Positions 20,857 through 31,105 of a stretch of 64,000 bases of DNA are shown here, piece after piece. The first letter of the stretch is position 1. Each line of letters begins with the position of its first letter. Source of the stretch: Ignisphaera sp. Lineage in GTDB: Archaea > Thermoproteota > Thermoprotei_A > Sulfolobales > Ignisphaeraceae. The notes beneath the pieces were generated by a model. The model worked only from the letters and a program-made list of their open reading frames with translations. It was not told the DNA's origin and searched no databases. Position numbers and translations under genes: made by a program. The DNA lies in contig JAWAHS010000001.1 of the NCBI GenBank assembly GCA_038889075.1, positions 128,001 to 192,000 on the forward strand. The letters are read 5' to 3'.

Positions 20857-20883
20857 GTACACCTGGCTAGTAGCCAGGTGTAC
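20857..20883. promoter_or_regulatory. Perfect 13-bp inverted repeat covering the cbiM RBS
   Basis: GTACACCTGGCTA-G-TAGCCAGGTGTAC; ends 4 nt before ATG 20888. Confidence 0.7.
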
Positions 20884-20887
20884 TTTG

Positions 20888-21541
20888 ATGCACATTCCTG
20901 ACGGCTTTTTAGATCCATATACAGCCATAGCCACGTATATAGTCTCTCTAGCTATAGTTGGATACGCTATTAAAAAAAGTAGTTTGTTAGATGAAATCGT
21001 ACTCGCTAGAGTTATTACATTATCAGCTTTCATCTTTGTTGCACAAATGATTGCATGGCCTGTACCTGGGGGGACCAGTCTGCATCTTGTTGGCGGTGCC
21101 TTGGCCGGCATCCTACTAGGTCCTTGGTTAGGGGCATTAGCTATGGCTATAGTATTGATCATTCAGTGTCTAGTTTTCCACGATGGTGGTATAACAGCTC
21201 TTGGAGCAAATATGCTAAACATGGCTATAGTATCTGTTTTTATGGGCTACGTATTGTATAGAACTGTAGTGAAGTTAATCCATAGTAATGTGAAATTTGT
21301 TCGATTTATAGCTGGATTAATAGCAGGCTGGATCAGTCTTGCCTTAGCAGGCACACTGGCAGGTCTAGAAATAGGTATCGCAGGCTACATCCTTAATAGA
21401 ATTAGCTATAGCTTAATGATAAGCTTACCCTCCATGGCTATGTGGCACACCATTCTAGGAGTTATCGAGGGCAGTATAACAGGATCAATTCTAAGTTATA
21501 TAGGATCCAAGTACCCTAAGGTGATAGAGGGAGAGAGGTAG
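20888..21541 (+). CDS. cbiM: Ni/Co ECF transporter S component CbiM/NikM
   Basis: Diagnostic N-terminus MHIPDGFL (start reassigned to ATG 20888), GTSLH, HDGGITALGAN. Confidence 0.92.
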   Translation: MHIPDGFLDPYTAIATYIVSLAIVGYAIKKSSLLDEIVLARVITLSAFIFVAQMIAWPVPGGTSLHLVGGALAGILLGPWLGALAMAIVLIIQCLVFHDGGITALGANMLNMAIVSVFMGYVLYRTVVKLIHSNVKFVRFIAGLIAGWISLALAGTLAGLEIGIAGYILNRISYSLMISLPSMAMWHTILGVIEGSITGSILSYIGSKYPKVIEGER

Positions 21542-21548
21542 AGAGATT

Positions 21549-21830
21549 ATGAGTAGGAGGCATATATATCTTTTAATAGCATTAATTGTTATAAGTCCTG
21601 TATTTGGTGTATATCTAGCTAATTTAGTTGGATACCACGAACCTCTAGATATTATTGCAGAAGAACTTGGATTAAGTGAAGCAGAATTTAACTGGACTCC
21701 ACTGAAAGACTACATGGTGCCAGGTCTACCAGAATGGCTAGGCTATATTTTAACTGGAATTATCGGAGTGAGTATAATGCTTCTACTTGAAGCTATAGTA
21801 AGACATTTCATCTTGAGGAAAAACAAATGA
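21549..21830 (+). CDS. NikN/PDGLE-like accessory membrane subunit
   Basis: Two TM helices; EPLD..AE and PLKDY motifs; between cbiM and cbiQ. Confidence 0.8.
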   Translation: MSRRHIYLLIALIVISPVFGVYLANLVGYHEPLDIIAEELGLSEAEFNWTPLKDYMVPGLPEWLGYILTGIIGVSIMLLLEAIVRHFILRKNK

Positions 21831-22591
21831 ACAACGATACGCTATTTAAAGTACTACATGAACTAGCAGATATGATTGAAGTTTTTTCGCATGGAATATG
21901 TAGATACAATTATGGACTAACAAGATATTTGAGTCCACTAACGGTATTCATAATATTTATTTCACTAACCATTATAGCTGCATACAGCTCTAATGATACG
22001 GCTAGAATCATCGTAATAGGAATATGCGCAGTTCAATTATTATTAATAGGTTCGCGAAGAATATTAACTAATATACTCAAGACATACATGTTCATAATAT
22101 TTTTGGCGGCATTTCTAGGACTTCCATCAATTTATCTATATACAGATAAGTATAGCGTAGTAGCATCTATGACTAGAACTATCTTTGTATCCCTTTCATC
22201 GTCTACACCTATGATAGTATTCTCTATTCTTGTTGGTTTAAGAGAAATAGGAGAAATTATATCAATTTTTTCAAGAGCATTAGGTAGAGCCATATACGCA
22301 TTCTCCACAATATTTCTAAAGATATCAAGACTGCAAATAGATATTCTATTAATGAGATTCTCTAGGAATATTATAAATAAAAGGGGATATATCTGGATAA
22401 TACTGACGTCTAGTATAGGCGATACACTGCTCCACTCGGAATACATTTCACAGAATATAGCCCTAGCTATGAAATCTAGAACCTTAGCATCAAAAAGCTT
22501 AAGAAATGAGTATACACTAAAGCTGCTAGACTACATTGTAATTATCGCGATACTGTCTATGGTGTTTATAGCTATCTTGGTGTTGAAATGA
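21827..22591 (+). CDS. cbiQ: ECF T component CbiQ/NikQ
   Basis: Hydrophobic; C-terminal AMKSR motif; operon position. Confidence 0.75.
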   Translation: MNNDTLFKVLHELADMIEVFSHGICRYNYGLTRYLSPLTVFIIFISLTIIAAYSSNDTARIIVIGICAVQLLLIGSRRILTNILKTYMFIIFLAAFLGLPSIYLYTDKYSVVASMTRTIFVSLSSSTPMIVFSILVGLREIGEIISIFSRALGRAIYAFSTIFLKISRLQIDILLMRFSRNIINKRGYIWIILTSSIGDTLLHSEYISQNIALAMKSRTLASKSLRNEYTLKLLDYIVIIAILSMVFIAILVLK

Positions 22592-23256
22592 TGGAGCTAC
22601 ATCTAAATAATGTATACTATAGATATCCCGGTGCTGACTACTACACACTAAAGGGTATAACTTATACATTTGTAAAAGGTAGGACCTATCTTATTACAGG
22701 ACCTAATGGAGCTGGCAAAACGACTCTTCTACTGGTACTATCAGGGCTTTTAAAGCCTGCTCAAGGCGATGTTCTTCTAGATGGGGAATCCATCTATGGG
22801 AAGGAACGGTATAGAAGGTTTTTTGGAGTTCTATTCCAGAATCCAGATCTCATGCTATTCAATCCTACAGTATACGATGAAGTAACATATTCAATTAAAC
22901 AAATATGCAAAGATTTTGAGAAAATAGATAAGGAGGTTAGTAAATGGCTGGAATTCTTTGAATTGGATAGAGATATATTAAATAGGCCAACCCATACCCT
23001 CAGCTATGGTTATAAAAAGGTGGTTGCATTAATATCCATACTAATCTATAGACCGAGGATATTAGTATTGGATGAGCCACATACAAATCTATCTAAGGAG
23101 TATTTTAGAAAGATTAAGAAGGTTGTTAAAATGAACGCTATAGACGGTGGTATAAATATTATAGCGAGTCACTCAATATCGGCATATAGAGATGTAGCTG
23201 ATTATCTAATTGTATTAAATAATGGTATGGTTAAAAAGATTACCAGTGCAAGATAA
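22588..23256 (+). CDS. cbiO: ECF ATPase CbiO/NikO
   Basis: GPNGAGKTT, FQNPD, LSYG, LDEP. Confidence 0.88.
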   Translation: MMELHLNNVYYRYPGADYYTLKGITYTFVKGRTYLITGPNGAGKTTLLLVLSGLLKPAQGDVLLDGESIYGKERYRRFFGVLFQNPDLMLFNPTVYDEVTYSIKQICKDFEKIDKEVSKWLEFFELDRDILNRPTHTLSYGYKKVVALISILIYRPRILVLDEPHTNLSKEYFRKIKKVVKMNAIDGGINIIASHSISAYRDVADYLIVLNNGMVKKITSAR

Positions 23257-23473
23257 ATAACCAGTGTTATACAAATCTTTCCATAAAAATAAAAATAGAG
23301 TATATCAGTATACCTGATAAGGAGTCCATAGGATAGTACATTTTATTCTAAAATTGTCTATAAAGATGTCATAGAACATCTATCACCTATACCTACTTCA
23401 TTACAATGTTCCTACGCGTTTTATTAGAATAACGTAGATGTTAGATGTGGTGAGGTTGATGAGGATAAATTTA

Positions 23474-24211
23474 TTATTGACATAGGAATCCTTTTACGGC
23501 CTCCGGATCCATTTTTCTATATCTTTCAAGACTTCCAATATCATACCAAGTACCTCTATATAGATAAGCTCTAACATTGAATCCCTTCGATATCATCCAC
23601 GGAATTAGATCGCTCATTATATCAAATGATGTTCCCATTGTTTTCTCAACTTCTTTAAGGATAGATAGATTTAGTGTTAGGACACCTATTGTAACATACA
23701 AATCTAGCCATGGTTTCTCCTCCAGCTTAACAATTCTATTGCCATCTATAGAGGCAACACCAACCGGTACTTGGTATCTATCTGCAAGAACTACGACAGC
23801 ATCGGAATTCCATGCAAAATGCTTATTTAAGAGATCGTGAATGTCTACAAGTGCTAGTATATCACCGTACCAAATCAGTACAATGTTATCAATTAGACCG
23901 CATTTGAACGCTTTTAAAAGGGCTCCTCCCGTTCCCTTGTGGATTTCATCGTCAATACTGTACCTAATTTCTACACCGTGCCTAGAACCATTGTTAAAAT
24001 AATTTCTTATTTGTTTCCATTTATATCCAACTAAGAACACATATTTAGATATTCCAAACCTCTTTAACCAGCAAACTATGTGTTCTAAAATAGGTCTTTC
24101 ATCATATCCTATGGGAATCATTGGTTTTGGGATGATGTCTGTATATGGTTTAAATCTAGAACCTTCACCACCAGCAAGAATGACGCCGACCACGTCGCGT
24201 GTCGAAAGCAT
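23474..24211 (-). CDS. Sugar-phosphate nucleotidyltransferase family protein
   Basis: ILAGGEGSRF..PKPMIP, GTGG, YGD, EKP, WYDIGS. Confidence 0.9.
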   Translation of the reverse strand: MLSTRDVVGVILAGGEGSRFKPYTDIIPKPMIPIGYDERPILEHIVCWLKRFGISKYVFLVGYKWKQIRNYFNNGSRHGVEIRYSIDDEIHKGTGGALLKAFKCGLIDNIVLIWYGDILALVDIHDLLNKHFAWNSDAVVVLADRYQVPVGVASIDGNRIVKLEEKPWLDLYVTIGVLTLNLSILKEVEKTMGTSFDIMSDLIPWMISKGFNVRAYLYRGTWYDIGSLERYRKMDPEAVKGFLCQ

Positions 24212-24739
24212 TAAGGGACACCTTTAAAGAGGCTTATAAATGGTAATGGCAACTCTCTTTTTATATTTTTTTATTATCATACTTTAAATAAAGAGCAGGC
24301 GATACAAATACCATCTGCATTCTGATTTGTATTTTAGCAATATTATGTAGATACTAGGAAGCTTAAGCTTAATGTAGAGATTTAAGTATGTAAAAGCTGT
24401 GCTAGATTTGTATTGGTTAGCAATAAGTCATCTGGAGAACGACTTGTTTTTATAACAATAAATCTTAAGGACGATTTTTGGTACGGATTTTATACAAAGG
24501 TATTATCAAGCCATAGAATCAATACAAGTTATGGGAGACAATGGAGATTTGGATCCAGCTAAAAGATGCTAGCAAGTATGATGCTCCTAAATCACTATTA
24601 TTGAAGCTAGATAGATTTAGTTTAGGAACAACATTCCTAGAAGGAGCTCTATACGCGTCTTGTACAGCATCGTTGGCTTCTAAATCTTATAGAATAAAAA
24701 TGATTTGAACTCTTATGAAACGCGGTAAGAAGTATTTTG

Positions 24740-25363
24740 CTAGCTTTTTTGCAATAGAAGGGTCTTTATTTTTAGTGATCTTACCTTCTCCTCCCGTTCC
24801 ATTTCGTCAAATTTCATTGTTAGATACATTATAGTTTTTAGTATCCTTGGTATTAGAACTTTTTCAAGCATTGTAACAATTCTCCTTACTCTCGCTATTT
24901 CTTTTCCTAAATTCAGCAACTCCTTCTCATATTCTGCTAATCTCGTAATAGTCTCTAAAACTTCTCTTCTTTTATTTTGAATAGTACTGACCTCTATTGG
25001 TAAAATGCTAGAACTTTCTGGAACCATAGCTAATTCTATCATTGGTGCAGGAACTCCCATAACATTTCTAACCCCAGCTATAATACTAATACCTTTAGCT
25101 GTTGCTAGTGAGGTTACATCCAGATACTCCAAGCCGTGGAGTGAAAGAGCTATATAATAGTAATAGTATATTTCATTCAATAGCTTGTTGAGTTTAGATC
25201 TCGTATCATAAGCCTTTTTAAGCACAACGTAAAACTCCTGTAAAAGGAATGTTAGTCTATCTCGTAGAATTCTATGAAGTCTTCTGGCTATTGTCAATCT
25301 TCTTCTAAGTCTGATTAACTCTATTTTTGTTGGTCTTGGTAATCTTAGGATTTCGCTACTCAT
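24740..25363 (-). CDS. atpD: A/V-type ATP synthase subunit D
   Basis: [33 protein letters not shown]. Confidence 0.93.
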   Translation of the reverse strand: MSSEILRLPRPTKIELIRLRRRLTIARRLHRILRDRLTFLLQEFYVVLKKAYDTRSKLNKLLNEIYYYYYIALSLHGLEYLDVTSLATAKGISIIAGVRNVMGVPAPMIELAMVPESSSILPIEVSTIQNKRREVLETITRLAEYEKELLNLGKEIARVRRIVTMLEKVLIPRILKTIMYLTMKFDEMEREEKVRSLKIKTLLLQKS

Positions 25364-26781
25364 TGGCTTGATACCTGTTTTCTGTATGCTGGGTGGTATT
25401 TTTTCATGGTCTCTGAACTTATCTGCCGCAACTCTTCTTCAGGTAGAATGGATAGGAGACTCCATGCTATATCTAGTGTTTCTTCAAAGGCTCTTCTTTC
25501 ATGTTCACCTTGGCTAATAAATTTGGCTTCAAAATTATCAGCAAATTCTAGATACCTCCTATCCCTTGCAGTAAGGGATTCTGTACCTACTATTGTTATT
25601 AATTCTCTTAAATACTGTCCCTCTGCATATGCAGATATTAATTGTGCAAATACCTCTCTATGATCCTCTCTAGTTTTACCCGGTCCTATTCCCTCCTTCA
25701 TGAGTCTTGACAGTGATAGGAATACATCTACAGGGGGATACACACCCTTACGCCACATATCTCTTGACAGAACTATCTGCCCCTCTGTTATATAGCCAGT
25801 TAAATCTGGTATTGGATGAGTTATATCATCATCAGGCATAGTGAGTATAGGCATTATGGTCATACTACCTTTCTGATCGATAACCCTACCAGCCCTTTCA
25901 TACATTGTTGCTAAATCCGTATACATGTATCCAGGGTATCCTCTTCTGCCAGGTACCTCTTCTCTAGCAGCTGAGATCTCCTTTAATGCTTCACAGTAGT
26001 TGGTCATATCTGTTAATATTGTCAGCATATGCATACCATACCTCCATGCAAGGAATTCAGCCGCTGTTAGTGCAACTCTCGGGAGTGCAAGCTTTTCAAC
26101 TGTTGACGCTGATGCAGGTGCTAGAAATGCTATGGTTCTATCCAGTGCACCCATAGACTTTAATTCATTCAGGAAATACATGGCCTCTTCATGTGTAACC
26201 CCAATAGCGCCAAATACGACAGCAAATCTCTCACCAGAACCCCTAACAGCTGCCTGTCTCACTATTTGCATGGCAATTCTATTATGAGGTAGCCCAGAAC
26301 CACTGAAGATTGGTAGTTTCTGGCCTCTGACTAATGTCAGGAGGCCATCAATAACAGAAATTCCGGTCTCTATAGGTTCAGACGGCGGAATTCTTAGGGC
26401 TGGATTTAGCGGTTCTCCATGTATATCTAGGTAATCCTCCGGTACTATTGGAGGTCCGCCATCTATTGGCCTTGCTAATCCATCAAATATTCTTCCAAGC
26501 ATATCTGATGAAACTGGTATAGCTAGAGTCTCACCACGGAATTTAACAATAGTTTTACCTGGTGTAACACCTAGGGAAGATCCGAATATCTGTATTAATG
26601 CTATATCTCTACTTACATCAACTACCTGGCCGAGCCTAGAATCGCCATCAACATCTATCTCTACAAGCTCACCATATCTGATACCACCCAAGGCTTTAAC
26701 AAATATGAGAGAGCCTCTAACACCGGTAATTTGTCTACTCGACTTTGTGACAGCTAGTGTAGAGCTAGACATTTCAGCCAC
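25360..26781 (-). CDS. atpB: A/V-type ATP synthase subunit B
   Basis: [43 protein letters not shown]. Confidence 0.97.
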   Translation of the reverse strand: MAEMSSSTLAVTKSSRQITGVRGSLIFVKALGGIRYGELVEIDVDGDSRLGQVVDVSRDIALIQIFGSSLGVTPGKTIVKFRGETLAIPVSSDMLGRIFDGLARPIDGGPPIVPEDYLDIHGEPLNPALRIPPSEPIETGISVIDGLLTLVRGQKLPIFSGSGLPHNRIAMQIVRQAAVRGSGERFAVVFGAIGVTHEEAMYFLNELKSMGALDRTIAFLAPASASTVEKLALPRVALTAAEFLAWRYGMHMLTILTDMTNYCEALKEISAAREEVPGRRGYPGYMYTDLATMYERAGRVIDQKGSMTIMPILTMPDDDITHPIPDLTGYITEGQIVLSRDMWRKGVYPPVDVFLSLSRLMKEGIGPGKTREDHREVFAQLISAYAEGQYLRELITIVGTESLTARDRRYLEFADNFEAKFISQGEHERRAFEETLDIAWSLLSILPEEELRQISSETMKKYHPAYRKQVSSQ

Positions 26782-28561
26782 CCAATAGATCTAGGAATTC
26801 CCTCTTCATGGTTTCTAAAAGCTCAGGAATAAATTTACTCTTTAGTTCACCAATAGCATAGAACTTCATTCTGGACAGCATATACCTGCTCTTCAATTCC
26901 CTTATTCTGGCTACAGGAACACCCTTAGACAATGCTTCTTGAGCCAATCTGTAAAACTCCATTATAGCTTCCATCATTACAATACCCTTCTCAGGAGGTG
27001 AATATGCATCAACGGGATTGAGGGCACTTTGTTGCAGAAAGTCCTCCCTTATAATCCTAGCCATTTCGAGCAAAAGCTTATCCTCCTCGGGTAGTGCCTC
27101 AGGACCTACTAATCTAACTATATCACTTAGCTCGGCTTCCCTCTGCAAAATCTTGAGCATGGTTTCTCTATTTCTACTCCAGCTTCCCTCAGAAATTTTA
27201 TCCCAATACAGCTTAACGAAATCTATGTATAGGCTGTAGCTTTGAAGCCAGTTGATGGCAGGAAAATGCCTCCTTGTAGCTAATCCATAGTCCAATGCAT
27301 AAAAGCTCTGAATATATCTAACGGTACCTCTAACCACAGGTTCGCTAAAATCTCCACCTGGTGGTGAAACTGCGCCAAATATAGTTAGGCTTCCAAAGCG
27401 CTCTGGATTTCCAAGCGCTACAATTCTACCTGCTCTCTCATAGAATTCGGCCAGTCTACTAGATAGGTAGGCTGGAAATCCCTCCTCACCAGGCATCTCC
27501 TCCATCCTACCACTTATCTCCCTCATAGCCTCAGCCCATCTACTTGTTGAATCGGCGACCATTATTACATCATAGCCCATATCCCTAAAATACTCGCCTA
27601 TAGTAACACCAAGAAATACGCTAGTTTCTCTAGCAGCAACAGGCATATTACTTGTATTAGCAATGAATACAGATCTCTCCATCATTGGTCTACCCCTTCT
27701 AGTATCCATAAGCTTGAGGAAACTTGTTAGAGCATCCGACATTTCATTTCCCCGCTCGCCACATCCAACAAATATAGCTATATCAGCATGGCTCCACTTA
27801 GTCAATTCCTGTAGCAATACTGTTTTACCTGTGCCAAAGCCACCGGGAACAGCAGCTTTACCACCCTTAGCAATAGGGAATACATGGTCTATAACTCTTA
27901 TACCTGTGATCAAAGGCTCGATGGGGTTTAGCTTCTCTCTGTATGGTCTAGGTCTTCTAATAGGCCAAATCTGATACAGCTTAACATCATAGCTATTGCC
28001 ATCAGATTCAATAATGGCAATGGTATCTTCAATTCCGTAGTCACCATCGTCTGCCACCCACTTTAACTTACCATGAATATTGGGGGGAATCATAATCTTA
28101 TGGAGAACCAGCGGGGTTTCCTGTACATATCCTATTACATCGCCAGAGCTGATCTTATCCCCTAGATTCAACTTTTTCTCTCTCCTAAAATTCCACTTGG
28201 CATTTCTACTTAGAGCATTCAGCTTAACCCCCCTCCTGATAAATATACTCCTAGTCAGTATACCAATCTCCTTCTCAGGGCGTTGAAGACCGTCGTATAT
28301 GGAACCTATAAGTCCTGGGCCAAGCTCAGCTGATAAGGGTCTTCCTGAAGCAACAACTTTTTCACCTACAGTAAGCCCTGTTGTCTCCTCATAAACTTGT
28401 ATATAGATCTTATCACCACGGATAGCAATAACCTCACCTATAAGCCCCTCTTCACCAACATATACAACTTCGTACATCATAATTCTGCCGAGACCTTCAG
28501 CCACTATTAATGGACCTGCAATCCTATATATGCGACCAGTAGTGGTAGACATTAACCGCAC
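26774..28561 (-). CDS. atpA: A/V-type ATP synthase subunit A
   Basis: P-loop [27 protein letters not shown]; no intein. Confidence 0.97.
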   Translation of the reverse strand: MRLMSTTTGRIYRIAGPLIVAEGLGRIMMYEVVYVGEEGLIGEVIAIRGDKIYIQVYEETTGLTVGEKVVASGRPLSAELGPGLIGSIYDGLQRPEKEIGILTRSIFIRRGVKLNALSRNAKWNFRREKKLNLGDKISSGDVIGYVQETPLVLHKIMIPPNIHGKLKWVADDGDYGIEDTIAIIESDGNSYDVKLYQIWPIRRPRPYREKLNPIEPLITGIRVIDHVFPIAKGGKAAVPGGFGTGKTVLLQELTKWSHADIAIFVGCGERGNEMSDALTSFLKLMDTRRGRPMMERSVFIANTSNMPVAARETSVFLGVTIGEYFRDMGYDVIMVADSTSRWAEAMREISGRMEEMPGEEGFPAYLSSRLAEFYERAGRIVALGNPERFGSLTIFGAVSPPGGDFSEPVVRGTVRYIQSFYALDYGLATRRHFPAINWLQSYSLYIDFVKLYWDKISEGSWSRNRETMLKILQREAELSDIVRLVGPEALPEEDKLLLEMARIIREDFLQQSALNPVDAYSPPEKGIVMMEAIMEFYRLAQEALSKGVPVARIRELKSRYMLSRMKFYAIGELKSKFIPELLETMKREFLDLLGG

Positions 28562-28661
28562 CTCTATATCTGAGATGCCAGATGCATTATTATATGTTTT
28601 TGAAACGTGGGAGGCCTATTATAGAACATGGATATCATTTCCAGACGACACCCCATTTATA

Positions 28662-29009
28662 CTATTCTAGGTAAACTTCATATCCAATAAATCTGCGAAT
28701 TATATCCCTATAGAAAGCTTTTGGAGACTCGAGAATATCGTCAAGAGTATCAGGAATGGCGATGATTGATGGGTAGATGTGAATGTTTTGGAGGTATGTA
28801 GTTAAATCGATACCTTTAACGAGACTCCTCTGTACAATGATAACTCCTAGATCTCTATCTTCAATAAGCTTTGTCAGGGCATTTAAAATCTCGCTCTGAT
28901 TCTCAATAATGAATATAGCATCGATACCTAAAATTTTCATAAGGGGGGCGAGTTCCCTTCTTACAATGGCTGCTATTTTAGATTTAGATTGTGAATGCAA
29001 GGGTATCAC
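28662..29009 (-). CDS. atpF: A/V-type ATP synthase subunit F
   Basis: Size; DLGVIIV..IIAIP..IRRFIG pattern; operon position. Confidence 0.8.
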   Translation of the reverse strand: MIPLHSQSKSKIAAIVRRELAPLMKILGIDAIFIIENQSEILNALTKLIEDRDLGVIIVQRSLVKGIDLTTYLQNIHIYPSIIAIPDTLDDILESPKAFYRDIIRRFIGYEVYLE

Positions 29010-29881
29010 CTAATCCTATATCTACCTCTTATCGAACTCACTAGTGGATGTACATATCTAATCATCTTCTGCTCATAGTATCTGTTTATTAGATATAGTG
29101 TGAGTTGATCAATTAATTGATAGGAGGGGTAGAGAAGGTTCTTAATAGCATCATATACATACGCTGCTTCGTATATTTCTAAAGTATCTAGGGATTCTCT
29201 AATAAATTTTTCAATATTTTCTAAAATTGTATGGAGTTTATATACAATTAATTGATTAGAAAGATTTAGTTTCTGATTGATAAATTTAACAAACTCATTA
29301 TAACTATATTCTGCTAATGCTAAGATGTGAGAATTTTTTAAATAAATAAAGTATCTTATTGATGTGAAAATTGCTATAGCATTCAAAGCATTTATATAGG
29401 ATTCTAGATATGCCCTATAAATCTTTTTAAGTATAGAGGCAGTTTTATCTATGTAGATCTCTAGAAGACATCTATAGGAGTAGTCTCTGCAGCACTGCTT
29501 ATATTGAGGATCGTTTAATACATTGGTATACATGTATGTAGGTTGGGTAGTCTTCTTCGGGGTAGAAGATATCGCTAGGAGTTTTTCAAAATCATAAATC
29601 TCAAGAAATGTATAGAGATAGTACGAATATTCTTCAGGTAGAATGTTTCCTATATATTCAAATTCACTTCTATATATATCAAAGATATATCTATCCAACT
29701 CATCGATACTACTAGCGGATAGAAGTTTTACAAAACTATTTCGAGCATCTTTTTCCAATAAAAGGCGACTATATTCTATGGCGGCATTTTTCGTTAAACC
29801 ATCTATCAACTCTTCTAGCCTTGGCGGTTTAGCTAAATAGATGATTACCGTAGCCAGTGAAGCTTCGCGCGATAATTTCAT
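29006..29881 (-). CDS. atpC: Divergent A/V-type ATP synthase subunit C
   Basis: Position between E and F; helical 291 aa; little motif conservation. Confidence 0.55.
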   Translation of the reverse strand: MKLSREASLATVIIYLAKPPRLEELIDGLTKNAAIEYSRLLLEKDARNSFVKLLSASSIDELDRYIFDIYRSEFEYIGNILPEEYSYYLYTFLEIYDFEKLLAISSTPKKTTQPTYMYTNVLNDPQYKQCCRDYSYRCLLEIYIDKTASILKKIYRAYLESYINALNAIAIFTSIRYFIYLKNSHILALAEYSYNEFVKFINQKLNLSNQLIVYKLHTILENIEKFIRESLDTLEIYEAAYVYDAIKNLLYPSYQLIDQLTLYLINRYYEQKMIRYVHPLVSSIRGRYRIR

Positions 29882-30480
29882 TGATAGATCTCCTTAACGA
29901 GATTTGGCAGCATTTTCTTTAAGATAATTGAAATTCTAGAGTCGTAACTATTATCTATAGATATAGTACCATCGGCCAATTCAAGAATTAAACCGCCGAG
30001 GATTCCCGTGGATTCCACGTTAATTACCTCAATGCCATATTTATTCCTAATATACTCCCTTAATTGATTACTTAAATGAATGTCACGTTCAGAAATCTTA
30101 ATTGCTACTTGGTTTACGATACCATAACTATGAAAGATATGTTGTAGAGCTTCATCGAGGAGTCTGAACAGTGATTGAAGCCTTGTTTCCATATCTAAGT
30201 TAATCAAGAAATTGATAATATTCTTCTCCATCTCCTTAATAATTCGATGTTTTACATCGTGTATTATGAGTCTTGCATTCAGTTTTGCTTCAGCGATCTT
30301 GGCATCGTAATTCAATTCCTCTAATATTTTTCTTTTTTCATCCTCTATCCTATTTCTTTTTATCTTTTCAGCTTCCTCAATAATCCTTCTTGCCTCCTCC
30401 TCAGCCCTACTTACCCTACTTTCAGCCTCTTTAAGAGCTTTCTCCAATACAGCTTTTCTTAGCAGCTCTATAGATTCCAT
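29878..30480 (-). CDS. atpE: A/V-type ATP synthase subunit E
   Basis: N-terminal coiled coil; ILGGLIL..IDNSYDSR. Confidence 0.9.
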   Translation of the reverse strand: MESIELLRKAVLEKALKEAESRVSRAEEEARRIIEEAEKIKRNRIEDEKRKILEELNYDAKIAEAKLNARLIIHDVKHRIIKEMEKNIINFLINLDMETRLQSLFRLLDEALQHIFHSYGIVNQVAIKISERDIHLSNQLREYIRNKYGIEVINVESTGILGGLILELADGTISIDNSYDSRISIILKKMLPNLVKEIYQ

Positions 30481-30484
30481 GGAT

Positions 30485-30991
30485 TCACCAACCAGCTACT
30501 ATACTAAGCATTAATATTCCGAAGATCATGCCAAGTATTCCAAATAGTTCTTCATAAGCAGCTAAAACTATTCCCAGACCGAAAATTCCACCCTTTGTCT
30601 TAATTAGTTGTGTAGCAGTATCTGCACAAACTTGTCCCTGCGTATAGGCACTAAATGCTTCAGCGAAACCTACAAATATAGATATACCAATAATGGCAAA
30701 ACTTATGTTGAGAGGTATCAAATCGAGTTTTCCATACTTAGCTAGTATGCTTGGTAGGTAAACATTATATGTCATGAACATAAATATGAAACCATACACC
30801 ATAGCCTGAGTAGCAGGTAGAAATGAGAGAGCTAACACTTTTCCTCGTTGGATTGGATCCTCAGATATTACAGCTGTGCCCACAGAGGCAACCTTTCGGA
30901 TACCTAGCGTTGAACCTATAACGGCTAGGCCTTCAGCTATTGCAGGAAATGTATACATTATAGCACCCGTATCCATAATCTGATACACCAA
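30485..30991 (-). CDS. atpK: A/V-type ATP synthase proteolipid K/c (4 TM, duplicated)
   Basis: Two hairpins; LPATQ..YG in helix 2, QG in helix 3, YEE in helix 4. Confidence 0.88.
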   Translation of the reverse strand: MVYQIMDTGAIMYTFPAIAEGLAVIGSTLGIRKVASVGTAVISEDPIQRGKVLALSFLPATQAMVYGFIFMFMTYNVYLPSILAKYGKLDLIPLNISFAIIGISIFVGFAEAFSAYTQGQVCADTATQLIKTKGGIFGLGIVLAAYEELFGILGMIFGILMLSIVAGW

Positions 30992-31105
30992 TCTGATTTA
31001 TCTTGACTCGGCTAAAAATAGTATAAGCCCTGCATTAAAAAGCTTATATACTAGTTATATAGATTACTGTTACAACCTAAAACAATCATAGCTACCGTTT
31101 TTATA

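Noticed and set aside
24212-24739. ~530-bp spacer after atpD, possible pseudogene
   Set aside because: Only short frames with no recognisable homology
26774-28561. Possible intein in AtpA
   Set aside because: 595 aa with a contiguous GCGERGNE region; no insertion
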